This document shows, piece after piece, positions 56,484 to 64,000 of a stretch of DNA of 64,000 nucleotides. The DNA comes from an uncultured Candidatus Binatia bacterium (lineage in GTDB: Bacteria; Desulfobacterota; Binatia; Bin18). Position 1 is the first letter of the stretch, and every line of letters begins with the position of its first letter. The position numbers were made by a program, and so were the translations under genes. The DNA lies in assembly GCA_965200355.1 (NCBI GenBank), contig OZ241351.1:529884-593883 (forward strand), read 5' to 3'. The notes under the pieces are model-generated. The model was not told where the DNA came from, did no database searches, and saw only the letters and a program-made list of their open reading frames with translations.

Positions 56484-57614
56484 AAAACAGAGAGCAATCA
56501 CTACACGGCTGGTCTACAGCGGGCTGAGCAACGACTCCTGGACTTTCTGCGCGGCATTGAAGCCCACCTCGAAGGGCTCCATATGCACCGGCTGGCCGAA
56601 CAGAATGCCCAATTGAAAGACAGACTCGGGGAAACGGTCGAGGCCCTCCAGATAGACTTGGCGGGCTGTTCTCCGCCAGAGGCACGGCAGGAGTTCCATA
56701 CCACGTTCCGCCAAGCAGTGCAGCACTGCGCCGACGCCTATGGCTTTCTGTTACGTTTTATCGGTCAAGAGTCTGGCATGGATTTTCTGAAAGGGCGGCA
56801 TGAGTTTTGCCGGGGGAAATATCTGCTGTACGAGCTGCGTGCCGAGCTGCCCCTCCTCCAACAACACTGGGTTTTTCCTGAGGCCCTGGCCTCGCTCCCG
56901 ACCCTGGAAATACCGGCCCCAGACCTGGACGTTCCGGTCGGCCTCATACGGAAAGAGCGGGAGGAGCAACGCTCAGCCTACTCTCTCTACGTGCCGGAGA
57001 ATTATACCCCGCACACGGAATGGCCGCTCATTGTCTGCCTCCACAGCGGCTACAGCCGGGAGGACGACTATCTGCTGACGTGGCTGCGGGCCGCAAAGAG
57101 CAAGGGCTATCTGCTGCTCGCGCCGAAATCGGTGCGGGAAACCTGGTCGGCTATTCGGCTGCCCGGTATTCCTCCGAATCCCGTCCTGGACCGCCGCTCT
57201 ATCCTCGCCATGCTGGAAGAGGTGTGGGAGACCTATGCGGTGGACCGCCGGCGGGTGTATCTCACCGGATTCTCTGACGGCGGGATTTTTACCTATGTCC
57301 TGGGGCTGGCGTATGCGGATATTTTTGCCGGCATTGCTCCGGTGGCCGGGCGGATTCATCCTGCGATTAACCATCTCCTGAGACGGGGCCAAGGCAAAGA
57401 CCTGCCCATTTTTATCGTGCATGGCGAACAGGACCCGATCTTTCGCGTTGATGTCACCCGACAGACGCACGCCGGACTGACCAAGCTGGGCTATAATGTG
57501 ACCTATAAGGAACTGCCGGACTGGGGCCACGCCTATCCGTACTCGATCAACGAGACGCTGGTGATGCCGTGGTTTGAGGACCTGGGGGCGCAGCACCTGC
57601 TTGGTTCGGCGTAG
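56484..57614 (+). CDS. alpha/beta-hydrolase (esterase/PHB-depolymerase-like) with an N-terminal helical extension
   Basis: C-terminal half has a GFSDGG nucleophile elbow and a downstream DWGH. Start at MKTESNHY. Confidence 0.65.
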   Translation, partial: KTESNHYTAGLQRAEQRLLDFLRGIEAHLEGLHMHRLAEQNAQLKDRLGETVEALQIDLAGCSPPEARQEFHTTFRQAVQHCADAYGFLLRFIGQESGMDFLKGRHEFCRGKYLLYELRAELPLLQQHWVFPEALASLPTLEIPAPDLDVPVGLIRKEREEQRSAYSLYVPENYTPHTEWPLIVCLHSGYSREDDYLLTWLRAAKSKGYLLLAPKSVRETWSAIRLPGIPPNPVLDRRSILAMLEEVWETYAVDRRRVYLTGFSDGGIFTYVLGLAYADIFAGIAPVAGRIHPAINHLLRRGQGKDLPIFIVHGEQDPIFRVDVTRQTHAGLTKLGYNVTYKELPDWGHAYPYSINETLVMPWFEDLGAQHLLGSA

Positions 57615-57651
57615 CGTATCCGCTCGGTGTTTCAATGCGGTACAACTTGGC

Positions 57652-59784
57652 CTACAAGAAATCGTAGGTGACGGTCACGCCACCATAGGCGTTGATGCCG
57701 GCGGAGGGCTCAAAAAAACGTCCGCCCAGGGCATTCAGGCGGGTGAGGCCGTTATAGCCGTCGTCGGCCATGTTGCGGATACCGACAAAAGGCGCGATAC
57801 GGCTGTTCCCCACGGTCATCTCATAGCCCAGGCGTAGATTGAGAACGGTGTAGGCGTCGTTCTGGGCCGAGTTGGCGTTATTCACATAGAAATCGTCAAC
57901 GTGCTGAATACTCAACGCGCCGTAGAAGCCCGAAGGATGGCCATAGAAGAGTTCGGTAAAGAGTTGATGCGGGGGAATGCCGGGCTCGTCATTATTATCA
58001 AAACGCCCGGACGGGGTGATAAATCGGTCAAATTCCGCGTCCAGAAAAGTATAGGCCAGGGTCCAGCGCAGGCCCTCCAGCAGGGTGACATCAAACGCGA
58101 ATTCCAGCCCCTTGCGCTCTGAACGGCCGGCGTTGCGAAAGAAGTTTCGGCCCGATTCGCTCTCAAACGCGACCATCTCGTCATCGACGACAAGCCAGAA
58201 CAGGGCGAGGTTATACGTGAGCCGCCTCCCGATATTGCCGCGTGTCCCGATTTCGTAATTCAACGCCTGCTGCGGATTCAGGTCGTTATTGAAGCCGCCG
58301 CCTTCGTCGGGCCGGGCCAGCTCGGTCGTGGTCGGCACCTGGAAGGCGGTTGAAACATTGGCGTAGACGTGCAAGTGGTCAAGCGGACTATACAGCAGAC
58401 CCCCCATAGGATTGATATGGTCAAAGGTCAGCACGCCGGACTGGTCGCCGTCTGCGAGAAACTGGTCGTGGACCGAAAAGCGGACATTATCGTATCGTAG
58501 CCCAAAACTGAGTTGAAGATTGTCCCGCAAATAGAAGACATCGTGCACAAACGGACCAACGCTGCGCACATCTTCATCCTGGTGAAAGCGGCGCTGCCCG
58601 ACCTCCCCTTCGTTATTATCGAACCGGCGGCGATTATCGGCCTGCAACTCGACATCAACGCCCAGCATAAAACGATTTCGCAAACCGAAGACCCGCCCGT
58701 CGTGCGCATACTTGACGCTGCCGCCAACCCCGAAGCGGTCGAATTTGACCACCCCGGACCCGAAGCGGGGTATGATGGGCAGCTTGGTCTCGAACTGACG
58801 GAAGACCGAGTACTGGGTCACGGTGAGTTCATGCCCAGGGAGAAACTGGTTGCGATACACAAAGCCGAGCCGGCCATGCGTCACCCGCTCGCCCGAATCG
58901 AGCAGGACATTCCGGTCGCGGGCCTGCTCACGGTTCGCCTCAACCTGCGCCCGGGTGATACCGCCCGGGTCATCGGCAAAGGGCGCGTCCATAAAGCTCA
59001 TCACCGTCGTTAGCTGAGAGGTCGGACTGAGCGTGTATTTCAGCTTCCCGGTCAGTAAGACATTTTGCGCGCGGCTGTGGTCCCGAAAACCGCCCAGGGA
59101 CAGATACGAGGCGTTGAACAGATAATTCAGCTTGCCGGCCTGGCCGCCGGTTTTTGCCTGATATTTCTGGAGTCCAAACGAGCCCCCCATCAGGCGGGTC
59201 TCAAGAAACGGTGTCGTGGGACCGTCTTCGGTAATGATATTAATGACTCCCCCGGACGCATTGCCGTACAGCGAAGAGGAGGGTCCGCGTAAAACCTCAA
59301 TGCGCCGGGCGGCCCCAAGGTCGATATTATCGAGTTGGGTTTGCCCATCCGGGGAGGTCTCCGGGATGCCATCGACCAGCACTTTGACCTCACGCACCCC
59401 AAAAGCGGTTCGGGTGCCAAAGCCACGAATGGAGAGACGGAAATCTTGGGCAAAGTTGGCGCTGTTCTGAGTGAAAACACCGGGGACGCGGTTAAGCGGC
59501 TCCTCAAAGCCGACCGTTGGCAGCCCGAGTTGGATATCCGCTCGGTCAATGATACTCACGGCCGCCGGCACCTCAGCCAGGGAGGTATTGCTCCGGGTCG
59601 CGGTGACGACGATAGGCTCAAGTTCGGTGGGGCTGGCCTGACCGGTTGGGTCTGAAGATGAGGGTGGGTCCGACCTTTGGGCGAGGGCTTGACTGCGGAA
59701 GGCGAGGGACGCGCCCAGCAAGAAGAGAGCAAAGAGAAGAAGCGCGGTCTTATTGTACAAAACTTCCTCCGATTGGTAGGACAA
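57652..59784 (-). CDS. TonB-dependent receptor (710 aa)
   Basis: Signal peptide, plug (IVVTATRSNTSLAEVPAAVSII), and a beta-barrel with an aromatic-rich C-terminus. Confidence 0.85.
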   Translation of the reverse strand: MSYQSEEVLYNKTALLLFALFLLGASLAFRSQALAQRSDPPSSSDPTGQASPTELEPIVVTATRSNTSLAEVPAAVSIIDRADIQLGLPTVGFEEPLNRVPGVFTQNSANFAQDFRLSIRGFGTRTAFGVREVKVLVDGIPETSPDGQTQLDNIDLGAARRIEVLRGPSSSLYGNASGGVINIITEDGPTTPFLETRLMGGSFGLQKYQAKTGGQAGKLNYLFNASYLSLGGFRDHSRAQNVLLTGKLKYTLSPTSQLTTVMSFMDAPFADDPGGITRAQVEANREQARDRNVLLDSGERVTHGRLGFVYRNQFLPGHELTVTQYSVFRQFETKLPIIPRFGSGVVKFDRFGVGGSVKYAHDGRVFGLRNRFMLGVDVELQADNRRRFDNNEGEVGQRRFHQDEDVRSVGPFVHDVFYLRDNLQLSFGLRYDNVRFSVHDQFLADGDQSGVLTFDHINPMGGLLYSPLDHLHVYANVSTAFQVPTTTELARPDEGGGFNNDLNPQQALNYEIGTRGNIGRRLTYNLALFWLVVDDEMVAFESESGRNFFRNAGRSERKGLEFAFDVTLLEGLRWTLAYTFLDAEFDRFITPSGRFDNNDEPGIPPHQLFTELFYGHPSGFYGALSIQHVDDFYVNNANSAQNDAYTVLNLRLGYEMTVGNSRIAPFVGIRNMADDGYNGLTRLNALGGRFFEPSAGINAYGGVTVTYDFL

Positions 59785-59883
59785 AAGCGCGTGTAGCCTA
59801 TGGGGGATGTGAGGAGGATGTCAAGTGAGGAAACGGCCCGGCCCGGCTGCTACCGGCCGTGAGCGCGAGAGACGGAGGACCCG

Positions 59884-60225
59884 ATGAATATCCAGATTTT
59901 TGGCCTGAAAAAATGTGCTGAGACCCGCAAGGCCCAGCGCTTTTTCAAGGAGCGCCGGATTCCTTTTCACTTCATTGATCTCAGCCAGAAAGAGATGTCA
60001 AAGGGCGAACTGCGCTCGGTGGCGGCGCGGGTCCGGTTGGAGGACTTGATCGACACTGCCGGCAAACGATTTGTTGAAAAAGGCTTGACACATGCGTCGC
60101 TGGACACTGCCCGGCTCGAAACCCTGCTCCTGGAAGACGCCCGCCTGCTGCGAACGCCGGTTGTCCGCAACGGGCGAGAGGCAACCGTCGGGCATCGGCC
60201 TGAGGTCTGGAAAACATGGTCCTGA
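59884..60225 (+). CDS. ArsC/Spx/YffB-family thioredoxin-fold protein
   Basis: MNIQIFGLKKCAETRKAQRFFKERRIPFHFIDL is the canonical ArsC-family N-terminus with a catalytic Cys. Confidence 0.75.
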   Translation: MNIQIFGLKKCAETRKAQRFFKERRIPFHFIDLSQKEMSKGELRSVAARVRLEDLIDTAGKRFVEKGLTHASLDTARLETLLLEDARLLRTPVVRNGREATVGHRPEVWKTWS

Positions 60226-60286
60226 CCGGCCTGACCGCAAACGCTGAGGCCCGAATCCGAGCCCTAGCGTTCCCTGGGTTGACCGT

Positions 60287-61057
60287 TTAGGCCAATGGCT
60301 CCGGGGCGTGTTTGGTCTGCTGCCACTGAGCCGGGTCGTGGCCGTAGAGAATCGTGACGCCTTGTTTGTCCCGCAGGTCGCGGAGCGTCCCGAGCGAGTG
60401 ATACATCTCAGCCGTGTCATAGGCGATTGACGGCAGCATGTTCTCGTCCATATTGCGCTTGGTGTAACACGCATCCGCGGTGACCACGAGGTCCGTGCCT
60501 TTGGCGATGCGAATACGCAGGGACTGGTGGCCTGGGGTATGGCCGTGGGTTGGAAAAAGGACCAAGGTGCCGTCATCAAAAATGTCCAGCTCGCCGTTGA
60601 CGGCTTGATAGTTGAGCTGGTGGTCGTAGTCCTGGGGGTCGAAAAACGCTTTTTCTCTGAGGACCGGGTCTTGTGACGCCTCAAGCTCGTTTTTCTGGAC
60701 GAGAAAGGTTGAGTGCGGAAAAAACTCATTCCCACCGGCGTGGTCGAAGTGGAAGTGCGAGTTGGCCACATAGGTAATATCGTCCGGGGTGAGCTTGAAT
60801 TTTGCCAACTGACTGACAATTTCCTCGCCCGGCTTGGCGCGGGGCGTAAACGCATCGGCCACCTCGCCAAGACGGCCCTTGGCATCGTCTATGCAGGAGC
60901 AGTGGACGCCGGTGTCAAAAACCACGTTCCCTTTGGGGTGCGTAATCAAATAGCTCGGCACCGGGATCGTCATCTGCTCGCCCTGCTCGTCCTGCGGAAA
61001 GAAGAGCCGGCTGTCGAATTCGAGAAAGCCCACTGGCATAGAGAACACTTGAAGCAT
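60287..61057 (-). CDS. MBL-fold metallo-hydrolase, N-acyl-homoserine-lactonase (AiiA)-like
   Basis: HFHFDHAGG (HxHxDH) plus downstream His/Asp ligands (FPTHGHTPGH). Start at MLQVFSMP. Confidence 0.75.
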   Translation of the reverse strand: MLQVFSMPVGFLEFDSRLFFPQDEQGEQMTIPVPSYLITHPKGNVVFDTGVHCSCIDDAKGRLGEVADAFTPRAKPGEEIVSQLAKFKLTPDDITYVANSHFHFDHAGGNEFFPHSTFLVQKNELEASQDPVLREKAFFDPQDYDHQLNYQAVNGELDIFDDGTLVLFPTHGHTPGHQSLRIRIAKGTDLVVTADACYTKRNMDENMLPSIAYDTAEMYHSLGTLRDLRDKQGVTILYGHDPAQWQQTKHAPEPLA

Positions 61058-61085
61058 ACGTTCCTCCTGTCGCACGCAAGCTATT

Positions 61086-61487
61086 CTATAAGCTCCGCTT
61101 GCCCCGACGCAGATTGCGGCGACTGCCCTTCGGTTTGGCGCCGCCCCTCGGCCCCCCCCACGGTCGCTCAAAAGAACGCTCACCACCCGAAGCATGTGCA
61201 GGCCGGCGGGGTGGACGATCCTCTGCTTGGTTGACCCGGAGATTTCTGCCGCCGATCTCGTACCCGTCGAAGCGTTCTACCGCGACCGGAATAGAGGCCG
61301 GGTCGGTAAATTCGACAAAGGCGAACCCCCGCGGCCGTCCGGTCGCCCGGTCAGACGGGAGAAAAACTTCGACCAGCTCGCCCACTTCAGAAAACAGGGC
61401 TTCCAACTCGCCTCGGGTGGTGTCAAAGTTCAGGTTGCCAACAAAAATTTTGTTTCCGATGATGCCCCTCCTCTCGGGCCGGTCCAC
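61086..61487 (-). CDS. RRM-type RNA-binding protein with an Arg/Gly-rich tail
   Basis: RNP2 (IFVGNL) and RNP1 (RGFAFVEF) motifs. Confidence 0.75.
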   Translation of the reverse strand: MDRPERRGIIGNKIFVGNLNFDTTRGELEALFSEVGELVEVFLPSDRATGRPRGFAFVEFTDPASIPVAVERFDGYEIGGRNLRVNQAEDRPPRRPAHASGGERSFERPWGGPRGGAKPKGSRRNLRRGKRSL

Positions 61488-61632
61488 ACCAACATGAGTC
61501 AGTGCGGAACCCCTATGGCCGTGACGGCCGAGTTAAAATGTCATGCACCTTTGCTAACGAACCGGTACAAGTAAAGCCGGTAGTATGACGCGAAATGCGG
61601 AAAGGTACAACCCTCCGAGGTGAGTGGGGAAT

Positions 61633-62874
61633 TCAGGTCGTCCCCGCCGGCTCCCTGGTCTCCAAGCCCTGCTCGTGTAGGGGAAATATCTGCACCCAGG
61701 CCCGAAAAGCCAGTGTGAACAGGGCGAAGAAACCCAGCAGCAGCCCGCATTCAATCCAGCCCAGGGGAAGCCAGGGGTCTCGCCAGATGGAAGGGACAAC
61801 CAGAATGTAACGCTCAAGCCACACACCGACCAGGATAAGGGCGCTGATACCGGCCAGGGTGGCCGGAGTCCGCTTGGTCCATTGCAGCAGCAGGAGGGGG
61901 AAAGGCAGGAGAAAGTTGAGGAGCAGGACAACCAGACTGACCGCTGACCACGGCCCGTCAAACAGGCGGACGGCGAGAAAGCTGGTCTCCTCCGGCAGAT
62001 TGCCATACCAGATCGGTAAATACTGACACCAGAACAGATAGGTCCATAAGACACAAAAGCCAAAGAGCAGCTTGCCGAGGTCGTGGCGGCGCTCAGCGGA
62101 AAAACGTTCAGCACAAGTCAGCACGGCCAGAATGGCGAGCAGACTGAGGCCCGCATACATATTGCCAATGCAAAAATAGGCACCGAATACGGTGCTGATC
62201 CAGTGCGGCTCAAGCGACATCACCAGATCAAAGGCCACCAGGCTGAAGACAACCGCATACAGCAGAATAAAAAGAGGCGAGAGGAGCGTGAGCCGCCGCT
62301 TCCCGCCGGCGGTATCCGCGGCCTGCTCTTGGGAAACAAACAAGAGGAATATGCGGGGCAGCCCCCCAGCCGCATACCGGGCCGCCAGGCTGCCGCTGGC
62401 CTGGAGTGAAGCCCGCAGCAGGGCAAACCCACAGCCGTAGAGGAGCGCGCCGGCAAAGACAGAGCGCAGAATCAGAAAGGGCTTGTTCAACCAGGCTTGT
62501 TTGGCCGGTATCGGGTGCTGGAGCCATGAGAAGAGATAGTCGCTGCCGAGGAAGAGGAAAAGGAGAAGAACAAAGGAAATTGGCAGGAAGGCGGCCAGCG
62601 CCTCAGCGAGCGGCCGCAACGGCCCGGCCCACTCGGCTTTGGTGACCTGAAGAATGGCGGAAAACGTCAGTCCGCTGAGCGCCAGCCCCGACCAGAAAAG
62701 CCAGTTGACCAGATATGCCTGCCAGGCCCGTTGGGCGCTCCCCCCGGCAACGCCAAGGAGAAAAGTACTCAGACCCAGCCCGACCAGGACCCACAGGCCG
62801 AGGGTCAAAAACGAGGGGGAAGGCTTGGCCGGAGACACGGGCTGAGACGTTTGGGTGAGGGGCTCGGCACTCAT
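61633..62874 (-). CDS. actF: NrfD/PsrC-like polytopic membrane subunit (alternative complex III ActF-like)
   Basis: About 10 TM helices. Lies directly downstream of the actD and actE homologs with an ATGA overlap. Start at MSAEPLTQ. Confidence 0.55.
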   Translation of the reverse strand: MSAEPLTQTSQPVSPAKPSPSFLTLGLWVLVGLGLSTFLLGVAGGSAQRAWQAYLVNWLFWSGLALSGLTFSAILQVTKAEWAGPLRPLAEALAAFLPISFVLLLFLFLGSDYLFSWLQHPIPAKQAWLNKPFLILRSVFAGALLYGCGFALLRASLQASGSLAARYAAGGLPRIFLLFVSQEQAADTAGGKRRLTLLSPLFILLYAVVFSLVAFDLVMSLEPHWISTVFGAYFCIGNMYAGLSLLAILAVLTCAERFSAERRHDLGKLLFGFCVLWTYLFWCQYLPIWYGNLPEETSFLAVRLFDGPWSAVSLVVLLLNFLLPFPLLLLQWTKRTPATLAGISALILVGVWLERYILVVPSIWRDPWLPLGWIECGLLLGFFALFTLAFRAWVQIFPLHEQGLETREPAGTT

Positions 62875-63443
62875 TGGGGCTGTTCCCGTTGGACTTCCTG
62901 CCGTTGGAGGTGGCGGACGTAACTGACCAGGTCCCACCGCTCTGGGGTTGAAAGCGCGTGCTGATAGGCCGGCATCACCAGGCCACCACTCCTGATAGTG
63001 GCATACAGATATCCGTCTTTCTGGTTTCTGATGCGCTCCGTATGCAGATCCGAAGAAGGCACGACCTTGCCCACCATCTGGCCGTCGCCTCTGCCCTGCT
63101 CGCCGTGGCACATCGCACAGTAAATCCGAAATAACCCTTCCCCGTTCTGGATAGACTGGGGGGTGGGTTCAACCGGATTGCGGACGCGCAGGCCAGCCTT
63201 GATGCGCTCGGTAATGCGCGCCGACATGGGCGGTTCAAGGCCCGTTGTCGGCACACTATTGGCCGCGGGTGGGCGGGCGGCTGTTCCGGCCTCGCGTTCG
63301 GGCTGCCAATACATGTCGTCATTCCACGGCAAGGCGCGGGCAACGGCAACGGAGAAGAGTCCCCAGCCAAGAGCGAGGCCAACGAGACTCCAGAGCCGGC
63401 CTCGGCTAGCCGTGCCGGCGCGCGGTCTACCCCCCTTGGCCAT
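62871..63443 (-). CDS. actE: monoheme c-type cytochrome (ActE-like)
   Basis: Single CAMCHGEQG heme-binding motif and an N-terminal membrane anchor. Confidence 0.65.
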   Translation of the reverse strand: MAKGGRPRAGTASRGRLWSLVGLALGWGLFSVAVARALPWNDDMYWQPEREAGTAARPPAANSVPTTGLEPPMSARITERIKAGLRVRNPVEPTPQSIQNGEGLFRIYCAMCHGEQGRGDGQMVGKVVPSSDLHTERIRNQKDGYLYATIRSGGLVMPAYQHALSTPERWDLVSYVRHLQRQEVQREQPQ

Positions 63444-63921
63444 AGACCTCCTCTGCGCCGCCGGCCGTAATCAGCCGGCGGACAGCGCTGGCCTGCGCGG
63501 CAGTACACGGGACGAGCAGGCCAAAGTGGTCCTCTGAAAAACGCGGGTCGTGTGTGACCGCTACCGAACGCGCCGGCAGACGGGCATTGATGAGCAGGCC
63601 AAGCAGGGTGGCAATCGCCCCAAAGAGAATGGTCAGCTCAAAGGCGATAATGGCAAAGGCGGGTAAAGCCACAATGGGCTTCGCGCTCGTTTGGAGCGGC
63701 CAGTCCAGGGCGGTGTAGGTGGGCAGGGCAAAGCCGATAGCACAGCCCAGCAGCCCGCCGACCAATGTATAATAGCGAATCGGACTCTTGCGCCTGCCAA
63801 GGGCCTCTGCGAGCGCAGGACTTGGAAACGGGGAGACGACACTGAGGTTTGTATAGCCGTCCCGCCGCAGAGAGCGGACCGCGGCGACAAGCGTGTTCAG
63901 ATTCGTAAAGACGCCGACCAT
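63427..63921 (-). CDS. actD: DUF3341 membrane protein (alternative complex III ActD-like)
   Basis: Two TM helices with a conserved N-terminus MVGVFTNLNTLVAAVRSLRRDGYTNLSVVSPFP. The operon continues beyond the window end. Confidence 0.6.
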   Translation of the reverse strand: MVGVFTNLNTLVAAVRSLRRDGYTNLSVVSPFPSPALAEALGRRKSPIRYYTLVGGLLGCAIGFALPTYTALDWPLQTSAKPIVALPAFAIIAFELTILFGAIATLLGLLINARLPARSVAVTHDPRFSEDHFGLLVPCTAAQASAVRRLITAGGAEEVYGQGG

Positions 63922-64000
63922 GCCAGCTTTCCGGCCAACGAGTGTGGCTCCGTTGGCCGGTGACGGGGACCGCTCGGATTCGTCTGAGGCAACGCGCTCG

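Overview
This 64-kb window is a high-GC chromosomal segment from a Gram-negative bacterium; lptCAB, kdsA/kdsB, rpoN and TonB-dependent receptors support the Gram-negative call. It has a long co-directional housekeeping block on the minus strand (~35.1 kb down to 18.3 kb): mutY-like, kdsB, pyrG, kdsA, lptC, lptA, lptB, rpoN, ptsN, rapZ, ptsH, metK, ahcY, amiC, glnD, xerD. Other core genes include pepP, an ADH/VOC/FMN-reductase trio, a 1910-aa tandem-fused double UvrA, meaB, an enoyl-CoA hydratase, H+-pyrophosphatase, CoA-transferase A/B, two tandem GT-C (ArnT/PMT-like) glycosyltransferases, two tandem large TonB-dependent receptors plus a third, an Nramp transporter, and the 3' part of an alternative complex III (actD-E-F) operon. 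Four visibly AT-richer islets interrupt this backbone. (1) 2.7-3.4 kb carries a hicA-hicB toxin-antitoxin pair next to an MmeI-family type IIL restriction-modification gene. (2) 15.6-16.3 kb carries two small unknown genes. (3) 39.2-40.9 kb carries a DUF4041/T5orf172 (GIY-YIG-like) gene. (4) 52.6-54.96 kb is the most interesting: an IRG/IIGP-like (immunity-related GTPase) gene next to an AlbA_2 (Schlafen-core-like) gene plus a decayed HigA-like HTH remnant, which I read as a candidate two-gene defence module. At least four genes (MmeI-like, DUF4041, both tandem TBDRs) carry single +/-1 frameshifts at short G/C or A runs. That pattern suggests assembly indel errors as much as genuine pseudogenes. 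No tRNA, rRNA or CRISPR array was recognised.
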